A DNA stretch of 37,369 nucleotides from Candidatus Thalassarchaeaceae archaeon (GCA_965659915.1 CBFHYB010000003.1:1-37369), one strand, 5' to 3'; counted from the first letter of the stretch, positions 8,119-15,693 are shown. Notes: a model not told the origin generated them from the sequence alone. Made by a program: numbers and translations.

Positions 8119-8268
8119 CGTCGGGTATCGGTGGTGACTCCCGGAGGTGATGGAGTGCAGAGTCTTACCCAACCCGCACGCCAGACTGTTGCCTCGAATG
8201 CATATACACGGAGACGTGCGCGTTCGGAGTTGTCTGAAGCGGTTGGGTTACTCAAGCACTCTTGAGTT
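8119..8268 (+). ncRNA. Candidate structured RNA or structured 5' leader of the rpa gene (strand not established)
   Basis: This stretch is visibly more GC-rich than its surroundings, and it sits in a divergent intergenic spacer that would normally be AT-rich. Helices found by hand: ACCCAACCCGC (8167-8177) with GCGGTTGGGT (8239-8248); CAGAC with GTCTG just inside that helix; CACG-GAGA-CGTG, a GNRA-capped hairpin (8207-8218); ACTCC/GGAGT and GACTC/GAGTC (8137-8165); ACTCAAG-CACT-CTTGAGT (8250-8267). No known RNA family recognised. Confidence 0.3.
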
Positions 8269-8291
8269 TCCAATTGCAAGAGGAATTGCTT

Positions 8292-9986
8292 ATGACCGCA
8301 GATGAAATAGATGATTATGTAAAGAGAGTACTGGAGCAGGCAAAGGATGCCGACCCAGAAAAAGTGCGAGAAGAATTTGAGAAATATCTCAAAGATTTTT
8401 TACTTCCACCCAAGGATTCTTTCCGTTCTGTTCTGAGACGCTTTGAAGTTAGTGAAGAAAAGGTACAAAGTGCGGCTAGAACAGCTTACAGAGAGACGAA
8501 AAAGGTCGATCGGTTTGCTGAATTAGGTAGCGAAGATAGTAATGTTACCATCGATGTCAAAGTAGTTACGTATGTTTCGAGAATACAAACTGTACGTGGT
8601 GAAGAAAAACAAATTGCGTTCGGCTGGATTGAGGACACCCCATATGGAGAGTCAGGACAATCTGAGCGTTGGGATTTCAAAGATTGGGGTGAGCATGCCG
8701 AAAACATGGCTCCAGGTTCAGTAGTTCGCATGGAAGGTGTTAGTGTAAATGAATGGAAAGGAAAGAAATCAATCAACATCAATCGTAGTAGCAGAATAGT
8801 TGTTCTTGAAGAGGGCGGGCCTGCGGTCTCGTTAGCAACTAGTGACCCAATAACCATTGAAGAAGCGGGGAAAAGAGATGGTTTTGTTACCGTAGTTGGT
8901 CGTTTAATGGCAGTTAATGCACAGACAATTAGTAAAAAAGATGGTAGCGGAGATTTGGATATTATCAAAGGCAAAGTAGCCGATTCTTCAGGTGCAATTG
9001 GTTTTGTCAGTTGGTCAGAATTTGACCATGAAGTGGGAACTCTAATTCGCATTGAAGGGGCTTCTATCAGACGCTTCCGAGATACTCCTGAACTGAATAT
9101 TGGTGACCGAACAAAGGTTGAGGTATTCCACGATAGTAACTTCGCTGACGCGAACGAACTGGAGGGTGCCTCAAGATTAGATATCTCAAAACTTACAGAC
9201 GGTTCACGGGATGTTTCAGTAGTTGCTCAAGTGATTGAATGGAAAGAAAGAAACTTCACTAATTCAGATGGGGAAGAGAAGACACTTTGGGGTGGGGAAA
9301 TCATTGACCCAACCGGTAGATGTCGAATGACAGCTTGGGATAAATTGCCAATTGATGCCGAAAAATTACCGGTGTTTGTTTCTGTTAGTGGAGTGAGGGT
9401 CAGGTCGTGGCAAGGGACACCTGACATCACCATTGACCAAGCAGATCAAGTAGAGATATTGGGCAGTCCACCCTGGGATGCAATAGATGCTTCCGACCAC
9501 TGGGTGAAGCATGATTTAGGTGCTCTTGTAAACGGAGGCTCGGTTAATGGAGTTGAAACTGAAGGTTGCATCGTATCTGTACGGTCAGATAGTGGAATTA
9601 TTCACCGTTGTCCAGAATGTCGCCGAGTCCTTAGGGATCATGCTTGTAATGACCACGGGGCTGTTGAGGGTGTCAAAGATATGCGCCTAAGGATGGTGAT
9701 TGATGATGGTGCTCAGAGTGCTTCGATACTCTTGAATGGGGTATCAACTGAAGCATATCTTGGTAAAGACATTGACCAAGTAACTTCTCAAATAGATGAT
9801 TTTGGTGCAGAGACCTTCGTAGATGGCTTACGTGCAGACCTTCTTGGTAGGTCTGTAACAGCACGAGGTCGTTGCTTAGTTGACGAGCAAGGGGCGATGT
9901 TCCTTGCCGAGGAATTAGAGGTGTCAAGCACTGCTCCTGCAGATCAATCTAAAGCAGTTAGAGCAAAGTGGGGGGTGGCTGTTTGA
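8292..9986 (+). CDS. rpa: Replication protein A (single-stranded DNA-binding protein), four OB folds plus zinc finger
   Basis: Four successive OB-fold-like units. One zinc motif, CPECRRVLRDHACNDH (C-x2-C-x8-C-x2-H), is of the kind found in euryarchaeal RPA. The ATG at 8292 has a GAGGA motif 7 nt upstream. The track start (TTG at 8262) lies inside the hairpin at 8250-8267. Confidence 0.85.
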   Translation: MTADEIDDYVKRVLEQAKDADPEKVREEFEKYLKDFLLPPKDSFRSVLRRFEVSEEKVQSAARTAYRETKKVDRFAELGSEDSNVTIDVKVVTYVSRIQTVRGEEKQIAFGWIEDTPYGESGQSERWDFKDWGEHAENMAPGSVVRMEGVSVNEWKGKKSININRSSRIVVLEEGGPAVSLATSDPITIEEAGKRDGFVTVVGRLMAVNAQTISKKDGSGDLDIIKGKVADSSGAIGFVSWSEFDHEVGTLIRIEGASIRRFRDTPELNIGDRTKVEVFHDSNFADANELEGASRLDISKLTDGSRDVSVVAQVIEWKERNFTNSDGEEKTLWGGEIIDPTGRCRMTAWDKLPIDAEKLPVFVSVSGVRVRSWQGTPDITIDQADQVEILGSPPWDAIDASDHWVKHDLGALVNGGSVNGVETEGCIVSVRSDSGIIHRCPECRRVLRDHACNDHGAVEGVKDMRLRMVIDDGAQSASILLNGVSTEAYLGKDIDQVTSQIDDFGAETFVDGLRADLLGRSVTARGRCLVDEQGAMFLAEELEVSSTAPADQSKAVRAKWGVAV

Positions 9987-10894
9987 AGCGCTTCACACGT
10001 CAGCCAGCAATTCGATTGTTTGCTAGAGAATACTTTGAATCAGATCTCATAGAACAAGGTTCTGGAGAATATGACCCCACTTTTGTGATTACTAAACTGG
10101 GAGCTAAAGTGAACCGAATGATGGTGGCTGGATTGCTTGAGCGCATGGAACGTAGAGACGGCGATAGTGGAGCAAATTACCGTGGCTCAATTAGAGACCC
10201 AACTGGACTTCACATGTTCAACGTAGGTTCGTTTCAACCAGAAATTCATGCCCAAGTAGAGGAATTAGTCGCAAAATTTGACCAGAATGAGGAACCAATT
10301 TTACTTCTCGCAATAGGTAAAGCCAGCCCTTACCAAACCGATGACGGCGGTGTTTTCACTGGGATGAGATTAGAGGAATTTACCACGATTGATGGAGAAG
10401 GGTATGCTAATTGGCTAGTTGAAACTGCAGATGCAACCCTTCGTCGCATTGATTTCTTCCAAAAAAGTGGTGATTTGGAACCATCCGCGGATGTATATCG
10501 CAAGGTAGGAATTGCGGATGACCTTATTTCTGGATTAATTACTGGTAGAGGGCATTATTCTAACATTGATCCAGATGTATACATGGTTGGTGTATTGAGG
10601 GCTCTTGATTATTCAGAAGGCAATCTTTCTACAATTTCTCTACAAGCAGACTCCTCAAAGGATGAATCAAATGATGATTCGGAAACCTCTACTGAACAAA
10701 TTAAAGAATGGATTTCAGAATACTTGTTAGCCAACAATCCAGGAGATGGGGTGCCTTACGACGCAATCATGAATGATTTGGCATCAAAAGGGATATCGAG
10801 AAGTGTTGGGGAAGCAACAGTTGACCTACTAATGGAGGATGGATTGGTTTTTGAGCAATCATTCGGATTCCTTGGCCACATTGACTCAAATTGA
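9983..10894 (+). CDS. RPA-associated protein (RPAP; OB-fold partner encoded downstream of euryarchaeal rpa)
   Basis: The N-terminus RQPAIRLFAREYFESDL...DPTFVITKLGAKVNRMMVAGLLERME fits the family that sits downstream of rpa in Halobacteria and Thermoplasmata-type operons. The TTG at 9983 overlaps the rpa TGA stop (TTGA). The track start GTG at 9968 is the alternative. Confidence 0.7.
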   Translation: MKRFTRQPAIRLFAREYFESDLIEQGSGEYDPTFVITKLGAKVNRMMVAGLLERMERRDGDSGANYRGSIRDPTGLHMFNVGSFQPEIHAQVEELVAKFDQNEEPILLLAIGKASPYQTDDGGVFTGMRLEEFTTIDGEGYANWLVETADATLRRIDFFQKSGDLEPSADVYRKVGIADDLISGLITGRGHYSNIDPDVYMVGVLRALDYSEGNLSTISLQADSSKDESNDDSETSTEQIKEWISEYLLANNPGDGVPYDAIMNDLASKGISRSVGEATVDLLMEDGLVFEQSFGFLGHIDSN

Positions 10895-10954
10895 GGTAGT
10901 TACGCGCTACCTTCAATTAGAGTCCGGCGCGTGTCCCCACTTGAGGGAACTCAG

Positions 10955-11299
10955 ATGTCGGGTGGTCTTTCCTGTTTCATTCGCTCTTTAGACGGTGATT
11001 GGTTGCAATTAGATGGTTGCGCTGTGGGGATTGAAATTAGGCGTAGATTTCAACGTGAAATCGCTCGCGATGGTGAAGGCGATGATTTAATCGACCAAGG
11101 ATCTGAGAGCATGGAATTTACATTGACTGGTAGAATAGACCTCCCCACTTATCTAAAGGCCCAAACAATATTTCGCTCTGGAACATGCTGGTTCATTGAT
11201 CCATTTGAAGAACAGGAAATCAAAGTCTGCTTTGCTCGTGTTCGTTACAATAGTGGCAGCAATGAATTTGAGTTTTTACTCATAGAGGATGTAGTCTGA
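10955..11299 (+). CDS. Hypothetical small soluble protein, first gene of the secretion-ATPase cassette
   Basis: The ATG at 10955 is preceded by GAGGGA at a spacing of about 6 nt (the track uses the GTG at 10931). No TM segment, signal peptide or recognisable motif. It ends 7 nt before the next gene. Confidence 0.5.
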   Translation: MSGGLSCFIRSLDGDWLQLDGCAVGIEIRRRFQREIARDGEGDDLIDQGSESMEFTLTGRIDLPTYLKAQTIFRSGTCWFIDPFEEQEIKVCFARVRYNSGSNEFEFLLIEDVV

Positions 11300-11306
11300 A
11301 GGAGTA

Positions 11307-11894
11307 ATGGGTCGTATGGGCGCTCAAGAAGAGGAAATCAACCTCATCTATGCACTTAGGGGTATTCAAGTACTAATTGGGGCAGGAGTTGGGCTTGAGG
11401 CATCAATGACTCATATCGCCAAAGGTGGTTATGGAGTCATCTCGTCGGATTTTTCTAAGGCATTATCAGGTGTTAATTCAGGACAGCGGTTAGAGGACGA
11501 ATTACGTCGTCTCATAAAATCATCAAGAAGTGCTGATTACCAACGTTTACTTACATCAATGTTGAACAATGTGGTCTCAAACACAGATTTGGTAGCTTCT
11601 CTTGAGCAACAAGCCTCAAGGGCGGAAGAGAACCGAACAGACCGATTGAAGCGTTATATTGAAGATTTGTCAGGTCTTCCTGAGAAGGCACTTATTCTTG
11701 GGTTTCTAGCCCCGCTGATTCTCGGACTTTTAGCAATTTCACCTTTCTTATTGGGTGGTTTGCAAGGCGTTCCAGGGGTTACTATACCTCCTGTTGACAG
11801 GATGATGTTTGCTTACAAAGGTGGTTTACTAGTTACAATTGTCTTACTTGTATTCATGTTATTTGGTGCTAAAGCGAAGGACCCGGGGGTGTGA
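11307..11894 (+). CDS. Type II secretion system F-domain platform protein, half-size (TadB/TadC- or FlaJ-half-like), copy 1
   Basis: One cytoplasmic T2SS-F-type helical domain: LIYALRGIQVLIGAGVGLEASMTHIA...LSGVNSGQRLEDELRRL...DYQRLLTSMLNNVVSNTDLVASLEQQA. Two C-terminal TM helices follow. A GGAG motif lies just upstream. Confidence 0.7.
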   Translation: MGRMGAQEEEINLIYALRGIQVLIGAGVGLEASMTHIAKGGYGVISSDFSKALSGVNSGQRLEDELRRLIKSSRSADYQRLLTSMLNNVVSNTDLVASLEQQASRAEENRTDRLKRYIEDLSGLPEKALILGFLAPLILGLLAISPFLLGGLQGVPGVTIPPVDRMMFAYKGGLLVTIVLLVFMLFGAKAKDPGV

Positions 11895-11896
11895 AA

Positions 11897-12646
11897 ATGG
11901 CAATTGGAATACCAGGCCTCCTTGATATGGTAACTGATTCGGTTCTTATGTCCATATTTGTTCCACTTACAATCATTTCAATGGGTGGTGGCTTACCATT
12001 TATGTTAGAGAGTAGGAGATTGAAGAAAATAGAATCGGGTTTGCCTGAACTTCTTGAAGGGATATCCACTTCTCTTGGGGCAGGTCTTGGGTTACAACAA
12101 GCGATTACATCAATGGCTAATCAAAGAGATGATTTGCTAGGTCACATGTTACGAAAAGCAATAGCGCGTAGCCAGGTGACTACATTTGATGCGGCGATTT
12201 CTGAATTTGCACTTGACACCCGCTCTTCAACGGTTCAAAGGGCTTTTAATCTGCTACAAACAGCCGACGAAAATGAAGCGCCATTAGCAGATGTGACCTT
12301 CTCAATGAGTCTTGAGTATGATCGATTAATGCGATTACGCAGTAAGAGAACTCTAGATTTGAAAGGCCATGCGTTAACTCTTCAGATTCTAATGGCGGCA
12401 TTACTCCCATCAACAATTGGATTCATGTTTGGCCTTTTTGCAGGCCCTGAATCGGGTATACCGATGGGTCTTTTCCATCCTTCAATGCTCCTTTATTTTA
12501 CAGCTGGGTCAGCATTTTCAGTAATGGTATCAGGGGTGATGTTGGGTAAATCACTAAGTTCATCTGTTTGGTGGATTGCACCATGGGCATTGCTATCTCA
12601 AATTATTTACATGGGGTCGTATTTGGTATCATCATTGTTTGGTTGA
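11897..12646 (+). CDS. Type II secretion system F-domain platform protein, half-size, copy 2
   Basis: N-terminal TM helix, then a second T2SS-F-type domain (LPELLEGISTSLGAGLGLQQAITSMA...LLGHMLRKAIARSQVTTFDAAISEFA...STVQRAFNLLQTADENEAPLADV), then three TM helices. The ATG is 2 nt after the previous stop. The GTG at 11891, overlapping that stop, is the alternative. Confidence 0.7.
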   Translation: MAIGIPGLLDMVTDSVLMSIFVPLTIISMGGGLPFMLESRRLKKIESGLPELLEGISTSLGAGLGLQQAITSMANQRDDLLGHMLRKAIARSQVTTFDAAISEFALDTRSSTVQRAFNLLQTADENEAPLADVTFSMSLEYDRLMRLRSKRTLDLKGHALTLQILMAALLPSTIGFMFGLFAGPESGIPMGLFHPSMLLYFTAGSAFSVMVSGVMLGKSLSSSVWWIAPWALLSQIIYMGSYLVSSLFG

Positions 12647-12662
12647 AAATGGAAGTGAAAAA

Positions 12663-13901
12663 ATGAGTGAAGACATCATGGCAAGATATGACAACGTTAC
12701 GATTTACATGGAGCGTAATCACCCAAGCCCAATGTATCATGTTGATGGAAATACTCCGGCAAATCCCTACGGTGCTCTGAAACCACTTTTAGAAGATGAT
12801 TTACTTGAGGAAGTGATGTACAATGGTGGGCAACAATGTGTGAAAGTGGCTCACCGTGAGCATGGTATGTGCCGAACGAATATTTGGATTGAAGATGATG
12901 AAGGATTGAAGATTGCGGCAAATATTGCTGCGTTTACCAACGTCCCACTAGGTGATGGGCCGGGGAAAGTGCCCTTATTTGATGGGAGATTACCCGATGG
13001 AAGCAGAGTGAATGGAGTTATTCCACCGGTTTCCCCAGACGGACCTACTCTAACCATTCGAAAATTCCGAGCCGATCCAATTACAATCATTGATTTGATT
13101 CAATTTGGTACGATTGATGTTTCCCTTGCTGCTACTATGTGGTGCTGGGTTGATGGACTCGGCTCTCGACCTGCTAACTTCATTATTTCGGGTGGTACAG
13201 GTTCAGGAAAAACAACCACTCTAAATTGCCTTGGCATGTTCATCCCTTGGGATAAGAGATTGTTGACTGTTGAAGATACCGCAGAATTACAATTATTCCA
13301 CGACCATTGGTTGCGTATGGAGACTCGGTCTGAGCGTCCTGATGGCACTAGCGAAGTCGATATGGATGATTGCTTGAGGTCAAGCCTGCGTATGCGACCT
13401 GACCGAATTATTGTCGGTGAAGTAAGAGGCCCAGAGGCATCTACTCTATTGACTGCAATGAATACTGGTCACGACGGTTCATTTGGTAGCCTTCACGCAA
13501 ATACGGCAATGGAAACTGTAACGAGGATGACTAGCCCACCGATGAGTGTTCCGTCAATCATGATGAGTGGGCTTGATTTGATTATTGTACAAAGCCGAAT
13601 TAACAAAGATGGTAAGCAGATACGTCGAATTATGGAAATCGCTGAAATCGCTGGAATGGAAGGCGACAGACCTCGCCTCAATCCAATTTGGAAGTATGAT
13701 CCGGCTACAGATACTACAACTCAAACAGGGGTACCAAGTAAATTGAGGGAATTGATTTGCACCGCAGTTGGTTGTCGCCCAGCTGATTTTGAGGCTCATG
13801 TTAGGCAGCGAGAGAAGATTTTGATGGATATGATTTCAAGAGGAATTCGGGATATCGAAAGCGTTGCCCAGATTCTGCAAACTTTCTATTCCCGACAATG
13901 A
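12663..13901 (+). CDS. FlaI/TadA(CpaF)/VirB11-family secretion ATPase
   Basis: LTIRKFR; Walker A GGTGSGKTTTLN; Asp box LTVEDTAELQL; Walker B region RPDRIIVGEVRGPEA; His box MNTGHDGSFGSLHAN. The ATG at 12663 has GGAAGTGA upstream. The track start at 12576 overlaps the previous gene and adds non-homologous sequence. Confidence 0.9.
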   Translation: MSEDIMARYDNVTIYMERNHPSPMYHVDGNTPANPYGALKPLLEDDLLEEVMYNGGQQCVKVAHREHGMCRTNIWIEDDEGLKIAANIAAFTNVPLGDGPGKVPLFDGRLPDGSRVNGVIPPVSPDGPTLTIRKFRADPITIIDLIQFGTIDVSLAATMWCWVDGLGSRPANFIISGGTGSGKTTTLNCLGMFIPWDKRLLTVEDTAELQLFHDHWLRMETRSERPDGTSEVDMDDCLRSSLRMRPDRIIVGEVRGPEASTLLTAMNTGHDGSFGSLHANTAMETVTRMTSPPMSVPSIMMSGLDLIIVQSRINKDGKQIRRIMEIAEIAGMEGDRPRLNPIWKYDPATDTTTQTGVPSKLRELICTAVGCRPADFEAHVRQREKILMDMISRGIRDIESVAQILQTFYSRQ

Positions 13902-13910
13902 AAATGATAT

Positions 13911-15572
13911 TCAATTTTCACCGCGGTTTAGTTTACGAAGTAATGCATCTGCAGCGTCAAGTTTTGACTTTACTCTATTAGATTCTAATTCTTCATTACT
14001 TTCAACGGAAGTTGCAGATTCAATAGTTGGAGGGGCTCTTCCCATCTCTGTGAGAATATCTCTCATTGAATCAACAACATCGGATACCTTTTCCGCATCT
14101 AGGGAAATTGAAGTCGGTAGAGATGGAATATCAGCAGCGTCAACGTACCCCATTTCAGCGGCTAAAATACCTGCTGCGGCTAACAATCTTGGTCGAACCT
14201 CTGGTTGATTTGGGTCCCAGCCCCTGCGTTCAAGGAATCGAACAAGAAGTGCATGTTCGGTAGGTCCAAATTCACCTTCAGAGCGACGAACAATCGTTTC
14301 AACAACTCGTTCAAACGCTTCCATCTGTGTCTCAATCTTTCCAAGTTGAGCCATTGCCTCATCACTAAGGTCGTGGCTTCGTTGATAGAGCGTCTCCATC
14401 GCTCGGTGACGTCTTGCAGTAACTGGATCAAGTTCTTCTTCACTAGCACGTAGTGATACTTGCAGGTCAAACAAACCATGTACTCTGCCACTAATCGCAG
14501 CCAATTCCAAATCTAGACCAACATCTAGTGCGGCATTTTCAAAATCAACTCTAGCAGAAGCGATTTCACCACCTCGCCTTTCAAGGATTTCATCTAATTT
14601 GTCAAGTAATTTAGGGCGGGCATCTTCTAACTGGCGAAGTGCTTGTTTTTCACGCCAAGAACCGGGCAATGCAGAGCGAGCAGAATCTTCCTGTTGCTTC
14701 AATTGAATCATCTGTTGCAATTCATCCAAAATTTGCCCTCGCACAACTTCGTGCTCAATTCCAAATCCTAAGCGACCTAAATCTTCAATGAATGCGGAAA
14801 CATCGTCCTCATCCTGTTCTCTCCCTATTAACAAGAATTCTCTTAGATGACTAGTGAGTTCAGCTTTACGTGATTCAAGACGTACTAATGCCTCACCTGC
14901 TCCTTCATCTAAGGTGACTGGTGTTGGTGTCGGTGCGTCTAATATTTCTTCATCTAATTCAGGAGGTAATTCAACAGGCTCAGGGATTTCAATCACTTCA
15001 ACGGGTGTGACTGGCTCTGAGTCGTCTGTTTCAACATCTAACTCAACCTCAACACCTGCGTCAATGGTCTTCTGACCAGTTCGCAAACTTTTCTTCACCC
15101 TGCCCCAAGATTTCTCTTCAGATGACAGCACTCCGGCAACTCTTCCCATCAGGACATTCTTGTTTCCAGAGCGTGGTAAATCAAATGTAACGCAAAGTGC
15201 ATGTAACTCTTCGCGTGTCATATCACCAATGGTTGAAACATTGAGTTTTTTCGGGTCCCCATTTAGGTGAAGCCAAAGACGACGCATCTTTGCTTTTTTC
15301 GGACCAGATTTCTTTACTCCAAAGAGTCCGAGAATTTCAGTCAACTCCTTATTTTGCATCTTGTTGATGCCCGAATCAGTGAAGTCAAATTGGTTCAAAA
15401 CTAGTGTTGCAATCAATTTTGCCCGCAGTTGTTCAACATTGCCGGTTTTTGGGAGGTTATTTTCCACAGCAAGGTCCCTTAACTCTGCGAGTTTCGCCTG
15501 AAAAAGCGAATTCAGCAACTTTGTGTTGATGGCCAAACCCCGTTCACCTACGGTGTAGTCTTCACGTTCCAA
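13911..15572 (-). CDS. Hypothetical protein with three N-terminal SAP/HeH-type helix-extended-helix motifs, an acidic Pro-rich linker and a long helical C-terminal region
   Basis: SAP-like units: AKLAELRDLAVENNLPKTGNVEQLRAKLI; KELTEILGLFGVKKSGPKKAKMRRLWLHL; REELHALCVTFDLPRSGNKNVLMGRVAGVL. Linker: DVETDDSEPVTPVEVIEIPEPVELPPELDEE. The only available start is the TTG at 15572, so the N-terminus is uncertain. Confidence 0.6.
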   Translation of the reverse strand: MEREDYTVGERGLAINTKLLNSLFQAKLAELRDLAVENNLPKTGNVEQLRAKLIATLVLNQFDFTDSGINKMQNKELTEILGLFGVKKSGPKKAKMRRLWLHLNGDPKKLNVSTIGDMTREELHALCVTFDLPRSGNKNVLMGRVAGVLSSEEKSWGRVKKSLRTGQKTIDAGVEVELDVETDDSEPVTPVEVIEIPEPVELPPELDEEILDAPTPTPVTLDEGAGEALVRLESRKAELTSHLREFLLIGREQDEDDVSAFIEDLGRLGFGIEHEVVRGQILDELQQMIQLKQQEDSARSALPGSWREKQALRQLEDARPKLLDKLDEILERRGGEIASARVDFENAALDVGLDLELAAISGRVHGLFDLQVSLRASEEELDPVTARRHRAMETLYQRSHDLSDEAMAQLGKIETQMEAFERVVETIVRRSEGEFGPTEHALLVRFLERRGWDPNQPEVRPRLLAAAGILAAEMGYVDAADIPSLPTSISLDAEKVSDVVDSMRDILTEMGRAPPTIESATSVESNEELESNRVKSKLDAADALLRKLNRGEN

Positions 15573-15693
15573 ACATCTATGTTGCGCTTGATGAGTGCGC
15601 GAAAGTGTCGGTTGTGGTGGCTAATGGTAGAAACCGAGATAGTTCTAAGATGTGATTTTCCACATAATCACAAAAGTGTCTTGGATTACAGTT

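Noticed and set aside
8119-8268. Identity of the structured element as SRP RNA, RNase P RNA, a tRNA (with or without intron) or a C/D-box sRNA
   Set aside because: The spacer (213 nt at most) is too short for archaeal SRP or RNase P RNA. I could not find the GGAA/AGCA helix-8 motifs or the GAGGAAAGUCC-type CR-I box. No acceptor or T-arm geometry is present, and there is no RUGAUGA...CUGA box pair. It is left unclassified.
8097-8279. 60-aa minus-strand ORF in the AstE-like/rpa spacer
   Set aside because: It coincides exactly with the self-complementary GC-rich element. It has no SD-like motif, and its composition is dictated by the stems. It is better explained as RNA structure than as a peptide.
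8486-9052. 188-aa minus-strand ORF inside rpa
   Set aside because: It lies fully inside a well-supported OB-fold gene on the other strand and has no recognisable motif. The same reasoning applies to 9227-9433 and 9673-9927.
10955-11299. Loose pattern resemblance of the small orphan to the N-terminal region of the phage Mu-type DNA circulation (baseplate) protein, suggesting a phage-tail-like module
   Set aside because: The resemblance is only a sparse motif-level similarity (RE..RD...L.D.G....F.L.G.I....Y........G....P). No other tail, sheath or baseplate genes are nearby. That is not enough to make the call without a profile search.
12576-12662. N-terminal extension of the secretion ATPase in the ORF track. 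The same issue applies to 16625-16789 for idsA, 8262-8291 for rpa, 31477-31500 for panE and 34552-34647 for the membrane protein.
   Set aside because: These are longest-ORF artefacts. The extensions overlap neighbouring genes or structured RNA, add non-homologous residues, and lack SD-like motifs. Internal starts have GGAGG-type motifs at 5-8 nt and match homologue N-termini.
13864-14208. 114-aa plus-strand ORF overlapping the ATPase gene end and the SAP-protein gene
   Set aside because: It overlaps two better-supported genes. The Ser-rich product is the antisense reading of a Glu/Asp/Leu-rich helical region. Other antisense ORFs in 14066-15075 are rejected for the same reason.
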